A stretch of 64,000 bases of DNA from Blepharisma stoltei ATCC 30299 (lineage: Eukaryota; Protista; Ciliophora). Of the stretch, positions 1 to 11,971 are shown piece by piece. The position numbers and the translations under genes were made by a program. The notes beneath the pieces are model-generated. The model had not been told where the DNA came from. It worked only from the letters and a program-made list of their open reading frames with translations, and did no database searches. Each line of letters starts with the position of its first letter. The first letter of the stretch is position 1. Where the stretch lies: NCBI GenBank assembly GCA_965603825.1, contig CBFDEM010000004.1, positions 949,439-1,013,438 on the forward strand, in the 5' to 3' direction.

Positions 1-1494
1 TCCTTTCTGCTAGTTGGCATTCTTATTTTAATTACAAGGCTGCAGCTCGATTGGCTTAAAAATCAGATGATCGATAGATCTGATACAGTCGTCATAGACT
101 CTTTACGAGACCAAATGCGTGACCTCGGCAGAGAAAAAGCAGCTTTTATAGAGCGAGAATTAGAAAATACAATGAATTACGTCAAAGTTCTAAGAGATAT
201 CGATATGATTCTTCTAGGCTTCAATAGTTATACAAAGGCTCCAATTGCTTTGACTGCGACCGAAACAGGAGTATGAAATTATGATATTCCTGCATCTCAG
301 ATTGTAGATGTCAATGGGACGTCCTATACCTATGCTACTGGTGTTTTTCTATCAAAATACTCTGATGATATGAGCACTGAAGGAACAGCTCTAATGAAAG
401 CCCAACATGCCATGGACAAAATTTTCCCTCACATATGAAGAACAGAGTACTCAGGAATTTACTTTGGATTTGAAATTGAAGAGCTCTTCCATTACTACCC
501 AGGCTATAAAAACTCTGACCAAAGCTACACCCCACTGGTAAGAGAATGGTACTATAAAGCAGCCAATAAAACGGACGGGTCCGTTATTATAACAGAGCCA
601 TATACAGACGCTGATTCTGGTGTATGGATGATTACGTCATCTTGTGCACTTATAGTAAATAGCTCAGTCTATGGGGTAGCAGGCGCAGATTTAAGCTTGG
701 CTTATTTGTCGACTGAAATAAATAATGTAGTTATATTAGACAGCGGCTTTATGATGCTGGTTTCTTCTGAAGGGATGATTATTTGTATGCCAGACTCTTG
801 GTCATATTTAGGGACATCTATAAGAATTTATGACGAAACTAAGACTGGGATCAGTCTGAATACTTGGAATTCACTGATTTCAGGGTCTGATGATGAACTT
901 CAGACTTTTTATGATATTAATGGGACTGAGTATTATACAATTGTAACTCCTGTTATACCTGAAGGGTTTACGAAAGCGTCGCATTATTTATTAACTTGTG
1001 CATATCGTACGGAGGCGAGAGAGCCAATTTCCCATATGAAAGATAAATATGATACTACGTATTGGACTATTTTTTGGATTGTTATTGCTATCGCTATTAT
1101 CACATTTTTAATTATCGTCGTTTTAATTTATTTCGTAACCCGAAAAGTCAGCTCCCAGCTCAAAGAAATTGAACGAGTTTTTACTAAACTGACTCATAGA
1201 GGACTTTTCCCTGACATAACTAAAGGAATTAATCTTGAAAAAATAGAAAAAGCCGAAAGCTCTATGCCGGGGCTGGTCCAAGCCTGCATACAAAAAATTG
1301 ACTCAATTCAGAAAAAAGAAGAATCGTTTTATTTCTTCGAGTGGGGGTCAACCAGACCATCTGATGAGCTGATTTTTGAAGACTGGTGCAGCAAGATTTA
1401 TCCGTTTAACTTGTATCATGATAAGGATATGTCGTGGAGAGCTACAATTCCGAACCTCACAAAGGTGGTGGCGAATAAACCAACTAATAAGTAA
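1..1494 (+). CDS. Membrane dCache_1 (Cache-domain) sensor protein, 5'-partial; TM-dCache-TM-short HAMP-like tail
   Basis: Frame 1 is open from base 1 with TGA=Trp at 274 and 436, joining ORFs 67..276 and 628..1494. It contains YTPLVREWYY..ITEPYTDA..GVAGAD and GFMMLVSSEGMII, with hydrophobic segments at both ends. Confidence 0.85.
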
Positions 1495-1550
1495 GAATAT
1501 AATGATTTAATATCATGCTGGTAAAATCTGGATAAAAGTATTTATCATAA

Positions 1551-2009
1551 TTAGTTATTTTGGTTAGCTTTTTTCGATAGGGTTAGATTTATAAACTCAC
1601 GAAATTGATGTAAAAGCAAGTCTCTAATCGATCCTAAGACTTTTCTAAATGACGTAGATCCTAGGTCAAATATAAACGCTATCCCTTTGTCTATGCTTTC
1701 TTGATAAGTTTCCAAGAATGGGCCTAAGCAAGAATCATATATTAGCCCAGCTCCTCCAAAAACACTCAAAAATACAAAAAGTGCAAATCTTCCGATATAA
1801 AATGCAGGGATTTTTAAAAGCAGCGATTCGAACAAGTACTCAAACAATAAAAGCAAAGACCGAACTATCCAAAACTTATGCCAGAAATCAAGTGAGCCTG
1901 TAGCTTCTGTTTCTTTATAAGCTTTCAGTGATGAGTATGCTGGATAAAAGTCAGCTGCAATAAAACTATTTGGGATTTACTATAAAAATATCATCAAGGT
2001 GTCCAACAT
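1551..2009 (-). CDS. TB2/DP1/HVA22 (REEP/Yop1) family ER-shaping protein
   Basis: ATG at 2009. Removing the 15-nt intron 1966-1980 gives FYPAYSSLKA...FWHKFWIV...GAGLIYD, the family signature. Stop is TAA. Confidence 0.85.
1966..1980 (-). other. 15-nt spliceosomal intron
   Basis: GTAAATCCCAAATAG with A at position 10. Splicing removes an in-frame TAG and restores the REEP motif. Confidence 0.85.
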
Positions 2010-2082
2010 TTTCTTAATTTTATTTACTTTAAAAATGTTAACAATCTCTAATGAAAAGCCTCTAATTTTAGGTATATAAAAT

Positions 2083-2901
2083 ATGGCTGAAAAGGTCCTT
2101 AATAAGCTAGGCACATTAGGAGGTTTATTACTTTTGTCAAGTTTTGGAATAAACAAGTTCTGCTACTTTGTTGATGGTGGCGAACGAGCTTTGGTGTTTG
2201 ACAGATTCAAAGGTATTAAGCCTGACGTGTTCGGAGAAGGAATTCACTTTATGGTCCCGTTTATCCAATGGCCTATCTTTTTTGAGATCCGTACAACAGC
2301 TAAAACCATCAACTCCAAGACAGGTACAAAGGATCTGCAAATGGTTAACATTGACCTCAGATTTTTGTATAGACCTGACCCAGCATATCTCCCATCAATT
2401 TACCTTAATTTGGGAAAAGATTACGATGAGCGTGTCTTACCATCTATTGGAAATGAAGTTTTAAAGTCCATTGTGGCCCAATACAACGCAGAACAGCTTC
2501 TTACCCAAAGAGAACAAGTTTCACACGAAATCAGAGAAAGACTTACACAAAGAGCTAACGAGTTCCATATAGTCCTTGATGATGTCGCTATCACACACTT
2601 GAACTTTGGGCCTGAATTTACAGCTGCTTGCGAGCAAAAACAAGTCGCTCAACAAGACGCTGAAAGAGCCAAATTCTTGGTCATGAAAAGAGAACAGGAA
2701 AGAAAAGCTGCAATTATAAGGGCTGAAGGAGAAGCTGACGCTGCGAGACTTGTGTCAGAAGCCATTAAGACTCACGGAAGTGGACTTTTAGAAATCAGAA
2801 GAATTGAAGCAGCGAAAAATATTGCAGGAAGCTTGTCGAAGGCACCAAATATTACATATTTGCCAGGTGGGAATGCAAATCTTCTTAATATTCCAGTTTA
2901 A
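2083..2901 (+). CDS. PHB1: Prohibitin (SPFH/band 7)
   Basis: VDGGERALVFDRF..GEGIHF, TGTKDLQMVNI, YDERVLPSIGNEVLK, KQVAQQDAERA are prohibitin signatures. Confidence 0.95.
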   Translation: MAEKVLNKLGTLGGLLLLSSFGINKFCYFVDGGERALVFDRFKGIKPDVFGEGIHFMVPFIQWPIFFEIRTTAKTINSKTGTKDLQMVNIDLRFLYRPDPAYLPSIYLNLGKDYDERVLPSIGNEVLKSIVAQYNAEQLLTQREQVSHEIRERLTQRANEFHIVLDDVAITHLNFGPEFTAACEQKQVAQQDAERAKFLVMKREQERKAAIIRAEGEADAARLVSEAIKTHGSGLLEIRRIEAAKNIAGSLSKAPNITYLPGGNANLLNIPV

Positions 2902-3178
2902 GGATAATTTTAATAGGATATTTGAAATAATTACAGTTGCTATATAATGAGGGATTACAAATTTAAGAGGATTTAATTAAATTTAAAGGTATTGGTTACT
3001 ATAAAAGTTTTATGGCTAACAATTTAATATCAATAAGTAGTCAATTGAAACCAGTAATAATGCCTTTTTGAGTTTCTAGCAAAATCCTATTTACTAATAA
3101 AGCAAACCTATTCTAAAAAAGTCAAAAAGACACTTATTATCTGTAAAATTTATACTCAAAAACATCAAGCTTGATAAT

Positions 3179-3586
3179 TTATTTTTTATCAGATTCTGAG
3201 CTATAAGATGAAGATCCTGATTCTGAGCCTGAATCACTTCCAGACTCTGAAGAGCCACTACTTGAAGGCCCTGATGACCCTGATGAGCTTGAAGAGCTGC
3301 TTGACTCCTTAGCTCGCTTTATCGGCAGCTTAATTTTTTCTTCTTCGCTGCTGCTACTGTCTTCAGGAACTCCTCTCCTTTTGTCTCCATCAGTAACTTT
3401 CGGTATCTTTGGAGGCTTTTCAGCAGCAATTTCAGGCTTGAGATCAGGGTTATGGAACTGCATAGACGCGCTTGGTCTAAACACATAGGTCCTTTGATTT
3501 TTGCATTCATAGCTTCAATGCCCATATTCAAGGCATCTTTGGCATTGTACAACCCCTGGAAGTGCTTGCTTCAGCTTTTTACCCAT
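3179..3586 (-). CDS. ZCCHC10: Zinc-knuckle protein with Ser-rich tail, ZCCHC10-like
   Basis: MGKKLK..CQRCLEYGH(W=TGA at 3515-3517)SYEC..YVFRPS followed by a poly-Ser tail; 136 codons, stop TAA. Confidence 0.85.
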
Positions 3587-3608
3587 TTATTGATTTTATT
3601 TATTTTTA

Positions 3609-4424
3609 TTAATTCTTGAATAGCTCAAATGATTTAGCGTCTAAATAAAGGTTACAGTCTCTTACGTCTAGCTTTTTTTTGCCTTTATAAAATGATCCTT
3701 TTTCAGTTAAAATTTTCCTTCCTGTTTCATAATCTCCTGGACCTGGTAATTTTGGTAATTCTAACTATAGTTTACTTTCTCCAGCGTCTCTGCCGACTTT
3801 TGAAAATATTCCGCCTTTTATTAAATTGCTGAAACTTTGCAAGTTATAGCACCCTGGACCTGGACTTAATTTTCCTTTTAGGTATCTTTCGTAGTTTTTT
3901 GCGTAGATTTTGTCAGTTTTTTGGGCGGATTTAATAGTGACCATAGAACTTGAGGAAGAGAGTTTTGGGTTATAAGAGGTTGGTGATGGCGAGTCATATC
4001 TTTCAAACATTTTATATCTTTGCGCCTTGGAAAAATTTACTGATGGAGCTATAGGTTTAGGCGAATTATAAATAGGTCCTGGAGATCGGTCAAGCTGAGA
4101 TTTTATAAAGGTGGATTCACGCTTGGATTTTGGAAACGTAAATTTTGTTTCGGATCGATATGTAAGTGAGGCGTTGGGAGAGTAAATATTGAAGCCTGGA
4201 GATTGAGTGCCTTGAAGTAAATGAGATAAAGGCTTGTTTATATATTGATTTGTGGGGATTTTCGAATTTGAAATGGTAACTTGTGGGGAGTTTTTATAAA
4301 GCATGGAGGTCGTTCCGATTTTGCTTGATATCTCATAGCTGCCAGGACCTATTTCTAAATTGATAAATCCTTCAGAATTGCGACGAGAGTGAGAAAGGCT
4401 TGATTTCTGAGTTGTTTCTTGCAT
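3609..4424 (-). CDS. SHIPPO/ODF3-type PGPGxY-repeat ciliary microtubule-associated protein
   Basis: Repeated GPGSY, SPGPIY, SPSPTSY, SPGPGCY. Intron 3761-3775 extends the ORF to a further PGPGDY repeat and a TAA at 3609. Confidence 0.8.
3761..3775 (-). other. 15-nt spliceosomal intron
   Basis: GTAAACTATAGTTAG with A at position 10. Removal eliminates an in-frame TAG and adds a PGPGDY repeat. Confidence 0.8.
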
Positions 4425-4762
4425 ATTTATTATTAAAAATAAACTTATTTGGAAAAAAATTTAGAATTTAATTAATTCTAAATTAAATTAAATTCAAAGA
4501 TTTTTATTTCATTAGAAAGAGAAAATTATTATTAAAAATTGAAATATTTTTATAACTTTATACCGATTTTTCTTTTCAGAGAAAATACTAGCGTTTTATT
4601 GTAAAATTGAATAATATTCTAATCATTTCAAATTCAAAAAATTAAGCTTTTTTTCCTATATAATTGATTATTATTTTATTATGATATTAAAAGAAATGCA
4701 ATAAAATATTTGCATGACATTTTCTCATTAAATTATTAACAATTTGGATATTTTAAACTTAA

Positions 4763-6343
4763 ATGGGTGTTATCACAAGTGCTCCAGACCCAGTTATCAT
4801 TGAATTAAAGGAAATAAAATCTTCTAAGGAGAGATATACACTTGATTCACAAGATTTCAACAGAGACTTAAAATGGATCACTAAAGCAGGCGAAGCTCTT
4901 GCAAGAAATAAAAAAATCAAATCAATTGTGTTTAAGCTATTTTTGGTAGATGCAAAAAATGAAAAACTCAGCAATGCTATTGCTAGAAGCTTAATGAGAA
5001 TGGAAAATGTCACGTTTTATGGTGCTGGTCTAGATTTTTTTGAGTTGCCTAAGTGAGCGTTATATTGGAAAATTGCTAAAGTTGAAAGTCTGTCAATAAA
5101 GTTTTGCTTTTCAGATAAAGCATTTGAATTATTTTGTAAAGGAATTGAAGCTAATATGTATATAAAAGAGCTGAGTTTTAAATATTATGACGTAGCCCAG
5201 CTAAATCGTCTTGAAAAAGCCTTGACTATAAACAAAGCATTAAAAACCCTAAATATCTGCTTTGACCCGCGCCCCACAACTCCAGAAGAAGCCGAAAACA
5301 GTAATGAAGGAACTTCATATGCTCCTTCAACCGCACAATCAGCAATATCCCACAACTATCTTCTTTACCAAAACGAATCCATCACAACTTATTCTTTATC
5401 TGGATACCTTGAAAGTTACACCTCAGCACTTATTGTAGGACTCTCAAAAAATAACTGTATAAATAAACTGATTTTAGACAGTCTTGATCTGGACCGTGAA
5501 GCAGGACAATACTGAAATCAAATGTTTATGACAAATACCTCTATATCAGAAATCGAAATAAAGCGAGGATTCAATACCATAACTGCAATGATTATTTTCC
5601 AAACTTTAAGACGCAATAAAGGGGTTAAAGTTTTAAAGCTTCATGAGTGTTCATTTTTAGAAGCAGGGTATGCAATTTTTAAAAATTTATTACAGGAAAA
5701 CAGCACCTTACAAAGTATTGAAATTAAAGAAATGCTGCATATTAGAACAGACCCAGTCACTCAGACAAAAAATCTTGTTCATGTAATAGAAGGATTAGCC
5801 TCTAATAGCTCTATTAAAGAAGCATGTATTGCAATACATAAAAGCGCTTTAAATTTAGACCCAGAAGTAACACAATATAAAGGCGAAGAATTACGGCAAT
5901 CCTTATATCGTTTATTTTCTCAAAATTCCTCTATTAATATACTAAAAATTGAGAATATCAGGCTTGGGAAAGAGGAATATAAAGCCATTGCAGAAGGCTT
6001 AGCAGAAAACAGAACAATAAGTATTCTTTCGCTGTCAGGGAATTTAATTGAATGGAAAGACTTAGAAATGATATTAATTAGTATCAGAAATAATGAGAAT
6101 TTGGCATCACTTGATATAAGCTCTAATAAAATTTATCCTTGGAATGATTTGTGTAACCAGAGAGGGGTGGAGTTTGCGAATGAGTCGCTAAATTATATGG
6201 GAAACGTATTTAGCTTGTTAGCAAGCTCAAAGTTGAAGAATATTAAGGTTATTGCTTGGTTTTGGGAGTCAAGAAAGTATCCGGAAATAATTGCAGATGT
6301 GTTGTTCTCTGCAAAGCAAGTGATAAATTCTAATAATAGGTAA
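4763..6343 (+). CDS. RNI-like leucine-rich repeat protein, possibly N-myristoylated
   Basis: ORFs 4763, 5156 and 5522 share one frame and are joined by TGA at 5054 and 5513. LxxNxxLxxLxL repeats; N-terminus MGVITS. Confidence 0.8.
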
Positions 6344-6800
6344 TTTTCAGGAAATATATCAAATTTTTAATTATTGGTTGTAATTTAATTAATTGCCATT
6401 ATTAAGTAGCTTCAACTGTATAATAAGTTTAATATCTTTTATAATGGCTTAAATTTTATTTTAGAAAGTAGAATAAGTTTTATAAATGATAAGCGGGAAA
6501 ATTCTTTACTTTTTCCAATAATTCTTAAAGCTATTTTTCAGTCCGAGTAAAAACTTTTCGGTACGGTTAAAATACTGATTCATTTGCAAACAAATCCAGC
6601 AATTTCTATAATAATTTTTTTTCTCGAACCATAATAAATATGAAATTCTCTATTATAGCATTAATTCGACGTCTATTTGATTAATTTAATAGAATAATAA
6701 GCCTTAAACCTGGGAGGCTATATTGATTTTCCTTATTAATGCCATTTAGAAATTAATTTATCAAATTTACACCTAGGCATAATAATTTTTTAATCATATC

Positions 6801-7430
6801 TTAATCAATATTTTCTTCTTTCATATTATCCTCTTTACTTAAACTTGGCTTCGGAGACCCTGTTTGCTGATTTTTCACAGACTCAAAAACTTCTTCTTTA
6901 CTCATGTTATGCACATTTTCAGGAATAATTTTTTCAGGCTCTCTTGCGTTTTTCTTCGGCCTAATCAAAATATAAAGAAAATACCCTGTTTTTGCCAAAA
7001 GCAATAAAAACGTAAGAGCAATGAGCACAGCTGATAATGAATAATAAACAGTATCTTCCTAAATAAATAATACACAGCTAGATCTTGAAATTGCATAAAT
7101 CCCATAGATATTCCAAGCGATCATAAATAAAATTGTGCATATCATCAATAAAAGAGTAACTGAAATTCTTTTAAGAATAGGAAAAACTGATAGGAGTACA
7201 TTGGCATAGATGATTATATATGTGTAATATGCTATCATTTCCCCAAGCAAAAACTCTCAAAGCTCATTGTTGGCGGACGAGCAATCATAAAATTCCGAAT
7301 AATTCGTAAAAATAATAACTGCTGTAAACATACTTGCCACAAACAGGACAAATGACGGCAAAGCAGGAAACAAGTAAAATATCTCACTTTTGCTTTCAAG
7401 TTTTCGCTCAAAGTTCAATAAAAAGTTCAT
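6801..7430 (-). CDS. Uncharacterised ~4-TM membrane protein
   Basis: ATG at 7430, TGA=Trp at 7257, and intron 7059-7073 join two ORF-track pieces. Four hydrophobic segments. Confidence 0.7.
7059..7073 (-). other. 15-nt spliceosomal intron
   Basis: GTATTATTTATTTAG with A at position 10; ends in the in-frame TAG. Confidence 0.8.
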
Positions 7431-7464
7431 CCAATTAATTTATTATTTAAGAATTAACATTAAT

Positions 7465-8061
7465 TTAAAGCTTATCAGCTTTTTCTTTAATTTCTGATTT
7501 TGCTTTACTTCGGCTTATCAAAATGCACAGCTCAAAAGCACAGACCAGCATAACACAGGCAAAAATCATGAAAAGCAGACTTTTGATATCTGTAAAAGTA
7601 AGTGTCGGGTAAATTGGCTCATCAATCATTGTCACTATAAAATTGAGCAGCCCATAAAGCATCATTAGGACAATAGGGAAAATCATATTTTTCCTGTGGA
7701 ATTGGATTTTGTTATAGGAAAAATCAAACATGAGGAAAAGGAATTGCAGGATATGGACTGAAATATTATAGATCAGAGGAGGCCTTTGTTCAAGAGTGTA
7801 GCTTGGGAATACGAAACTCCAGTATGTGAAAGTGAGTGTCGCTTCTATTGGGAGGACTATTTGGTATACTAAATCTGCTTGACGGTGCTTGTTGGCGAGT
7901 TTTAGGAAGAAAAAGCTAAGGGTTAATGTTACACCCCAGTGGGTTAGCCATTGCAAATATCTGTAAGAAACTGCATGAATTCCTATTAGGAAAAAGGCAA
8001 AGGTATATAATCCCATGAAAAGTCTGAATTGACGGTGGTGATTTGAATTGAGAGATTTCAT
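7465..8061 (-). CDS. FAR-17a/AIG1/ADTRP-like polytopic membrane protein
   Basis: YLQWLTHWG (Thr motif), YWSF, ISVHILQ (His motif) and PIYPTL. Likely start MKSL at 8061. Confidence 0.7.
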   Translation of the reverse strand: MKSLNSNHHRQFRLFMGLYTFAFFLIGIHAVSYRYLQWLTHWGVTLTLSFFFLKLANKHRQADLVYQIVLPIEATLTFTYWSFVFPSYTLEQRPPLIYNISVHILQFLFLMFDFSYNKIQFHRKNMIFPIVLMMLYGLLNFIVTMIDEPIYPTLTFTDIKSLLFMIFACVMLVCAFELCILISRSKAKSEIKEKADKL

Positions 8062-8238
8062 TAGGAAATTTATTACCATTTTTATCTTCACCCATTTTAT
8101 GTTGAGTGTATAAAATAGCATTTGAATCATTATTAGAGAAATTATTTTATTGAAATTTTTTGATATCAACCAGATAACTATTTTTGAAAAAATTATAAAG
8201 AAATTAATTAGACTATAATAGAAAAAATATATTATATG

Positions 8239-9051
8239 CTAAATTACATGTGAAAAATCTTCAGCATGTCGTTCTTGTTCAAAAAAAGGCAACAAACACT
8301 TTTTTAAAAAAATTATTCCAGCTATGACTCTTCCTCTGCTACTTTGTGATAATTTTAAATATTTATTCGATTTAATTTCAAATTCTTTTTTTCTTTGGTC
8401 AATGCTCCAATATGTGTAATACCCAAAAAGAATGCTTACAGAAAAAAGCAAAGCAAAACAAAAGACAAAAGTAAACACAATAATTTTTTTCTGGTCTTTA
8501 ATTAAATTAAGAAAAGCTTCGTCCTTTAAAAAAATCCTTAAAAATGATTGCCCTAATAGCGCACATACAAAAAGTGACCCTATTAATACTCATATCATAA
8601 ACAGGTAAAAATATTTGAAATTTTGCTTTCCAATACAATTATTTGTAAAATAGCAGTGTTGAGTCATAGAAAGTATACAAGTTTCACATGTTGAGCAGTG
8701 AAAAGTGCCTTCTGGCATGTAATATTCGCAAAAATAGCAATATGATTTATTAGCTTTTGCCAGGACTTTGTCGAAGGTAGGATATAGACGGCGAGGATGG
8801 CCTGGGCTTGTAAAAGCAGCTTTAAATAGGTTAAAAGTGATGTTAAATACGATAAAAGTGCCCACGAGGGTCGAAAGAGTTCCAAGCTTGGCGTTGTTGA
8901 TGAAAATCAGAGGGTGGAATGAAGAAAAATAGAAATATATGAACTGAGTAGAAAATACCGTGACTAGTATCAGGTTTATGGAAGCAAAGCAAAGTCATCC
9001 TATAGTTTTCCCTGCAAAAGATCACGCAGTCTATTTCTGAAATACCTTCAT
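8239..9051 (-). CDS. DHHC-family palmitoyltransferase-like protein with a TQHC variant motif
   Basis: ATG at 9051, intron 9031-9045 and three TGA=Trp codons. SPG..CYFC..HCSTCETCILSMTQHCYFTNNCIGKQNFKYF with four TM segments. Confidence 0.8.
9031..9045 (-). other. 15-nt spliceosomal intron
   Basis: GTATTTCAGAAATAG immediately after ATG AAG; A at position 10; ends in the in-frame TAG. Confidence 0.75.
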
Positions 9052-10097
9052 TGATTTTAAAAAATTAAAATATTATGGTTTGATTATTAAAAGAAAAAAT
9101 TACTTGGTGAAAATTTTAACTTAAAATATTGCTGCATACCAACTATATAAAAAATGAGTTTTATCAACAACTTGTCACGCTTTAAAGCAATTTTTTATAA
9201 TAAATTAGGTAAGGCTATAAATGAATACTTTTTACTTTAAAAATAGCATATCATTTGTGTGATAATATAATCAATTCCAGAAAAAAACAATTTCAGATTA
9301 CAAAAATATCTAATTTTGGAGTAGAATAATTTAATTTTCAATATTTTAGTTATCAAAACTATATTTTCAATTAAAGTTGAATAGTGGTCTATGCAACTTT
9401 AATTATTTTTCGAATCCACTTTTATCAGTAATTTGTAGCAATGAGCGGGACCTATGGAATAAATAATTAGAAAATTTATTATCTCTGCCAGATAATTTAA
9501 TATTAATAAAATACATAATTAATAAAATTATATGATCCACTCAATTTTAGGCAAAGCAATTTTTTAAATATATATTGAAGTTCACGATGAGTCCAATTAT
9601 TTAATCCGTCTCATTCTCTAATAGTTTTTCACTACTTATGCAATTAAATCTCATTGCTTCAAGAAGCAAATATTGATATAATTCCAAGATTTTATCAAAT
9701 AATACGTTTGAACTTATATAAAATTATATAGCTAACATGAGGATAAAGTTAAGCTACAGCTTGTTCAAGCCCAACATTTTTATATAATTTTCTTCTCTAC
9801 CATGATAAAAAATTATACTAAGCTGTATTCTAAAACTAAAATTATTTCAATCATCCAGATTATAATACATTAAACAAGGCATAAAAACTTTCAAAATCTT
9901 TTCTTAAAAAAATATTTCAATTAATTTATTTAATGATATTACATAATATTTACTTTAATGCTTTGGACGCTGCTCAATCACAAAATGAGCGTATGCAGGA
10001 TAAAAATTACCATTTTAGGGACAAAATGTTTAGGCTGAAAATATGTTTTAATTTTAATGGAACTTTATGCCTTGTAAATAAAGTAATCATTTTAAAT

Positions 10098-10823
10098 TTA
10101 TTTATTTAATTTTCTGTGCTTTAGCGCCTTCCTTGCCCTTACATTGAGGTTCTTTTTAATAAACGGCTTTATATTTAAATTGTTAAGGCACAGAGCTATG
10201 AAAATAAAACAGTTGTTGGTGTAGTGAGAGGAAACCTCGTTGATGACTACATTGTTAAATTGAATATTTCCATTCTCGTTTTCAGTAGCCTCATAAGTCC
10301 CTCTTAGGATTGGTTTTCCGCTGAGGGTTTTATTAAGGACTATTGGTGGCTCGTTATGAGTGACTATAAATATTTGAAATTTTGCTTGAGATTGCAAGGC
10401 TATTATTTCTTTATCTCTATTCTCTAAGTGAAAGCTAAGCTTAAATCCTCTTTCCTTGCAAATTCTTGCTGGAAAAGTTTTATCAAGCTCGAGTCTTATT
10501 GGAAAGTCACAGTTTTCTTTGGTCATCGAAAGAGCTTGAAGCACAATTTCTTCTGGATCTGGTGGCTTGACCTCTTCTGGTTTTGAAGTTGACCCACCCA
10601 TTTCAGTAAAAGTCTGATAAAGGAAGCTAACTTCATTTGCCATCCTTCAGTGGCTATTAGCCAAGTTTGACAAAATCATGCTATTTCTGTTCATCGCCTC
10701 AAGAATCATTAAATTCATGCTAGCATATGGATTCTCATGCCACAGTTGCTGCCAATGGCATTCATAATGATCGCAACCTTCGTTATTTCTATAGAGGATA
10801 CACATAATATTTAAATCACCCAT
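10098..10823 (-). CDS. Uncharacterised protein with a beta-rich C-terminal domain (possible Ig-fold DNA-binding domain)
   Basis: Open from ATG 10823 through one TGA into ORF 10098..10643. GKPILRG..FNNVVINEVSSH..IKPF plus a basic tail. The fold assignment is inference only. Confidence 0.6.
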
Positions 10824-11217
10824 ATTTTAAAAATTCAGTATTGTCAAAATGGACGAGCACTGAATGTAAAATTAATAATTAATAACTTATGTTATTTTAC
10901 ACTTAGTTTAAATTAAAACAAAAATTATTTTTACGGTTATGATAAGCCTATGTTTCTGAAATTATTCTAGATTTGTGCTATGCATTTCTAATAAAAATTT
11001 TAGCAAAAATAATGTTTTTAATAATTCCTCTTATAAAAAAATATTGGAGTTCATAAATAAATTTTAAGCAAAATTCATATTTAAAAGAGAGTCTTATTAA
11101 ATTATAAAAAGATCCTAAAATTTAGCCTTAGAGATCCTATTATTTCATACTCTTTGCTTAATAATTTGTTAATTAACATTCTGAATAATCACTGACTCAA
11201 AAGCTGGCTCTAGATTC

Positions 11218-11902
11218 TTAAGCAGGGATATTAATCTTAGCTAATTTATATATAACAATATTTGGAAACTCTTCATTTTTTATAATCTCAATCTCAAAGC
11301 TCTTTTTCAGCTCATTCAAAAATATTTCTTCTGAATCTGGATACCTAATTTGTTGGGCAACATAAATTTTGGTTTCTGATCTCGATAAAGAAATTAAAGT
11401 ATTTATAAAAGCAATCATACTTGCATATTCTCCATAAAGTACATCAGCCCCTACTATTAAATCTCATTCTTCTAATGATTTCTCACGGATATGTTCATTT
11501 TCTCCCCAAATTAAATGCTCGATGCTCCATCTATCAGAATCGTTTAAATTTGCCTCAAAATTTCTTCTGGTTCAATTTAATAAAGCATAATTTCCATCAG
11601 TAGCTGTAACCTGGAATCCCATTATTGACAGCACAATTGATATCAAGCCAAGCCCACATCCAAGCTCTATACTTTTACCAGTTTTTATCTGTATTTCTTT
11701 ACTTAAATATCTAGCTAGAACTAATCCTGCATTTCATTGAGCTCCTCCTACTCCTGAGCCTGGCTATATTATTTTTTACCTCTAAGCATTGTGAAATTTT
11801 GATTAAAGGACGCGAGAGATTCTCAAAGTGATACTCCATCGTCGAAATAAGCATTTCTTGATGGATTGGAGGTGTATAAAGCGCAAGCTGAGTACAGTCC
11901 AT
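11218..11902 (-). CDS. METTL21/Methyltransf_16-family lysine methyltransferase
   Basis: After the 16-nt intron: GVGGAQ(W=TGA)NAGLVLARYL, IELGCGLG (motif I), VTATD, LIWGE, DLIVGADVLY. Confidence 0.88.
11764..11779 (-). other. 16-nt spliceosomal intron
   Basis: GTAAAAAATAATATAG. Removal shifts the frame into the methyltransferase motifs. Confidence 0.85.
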
Positions 11903-11971
11903 TTCTATTTTAATAAATTAATTAATAAAATTTGTCATACGAATTTACAAATGACGATTTTGTAATAATAA

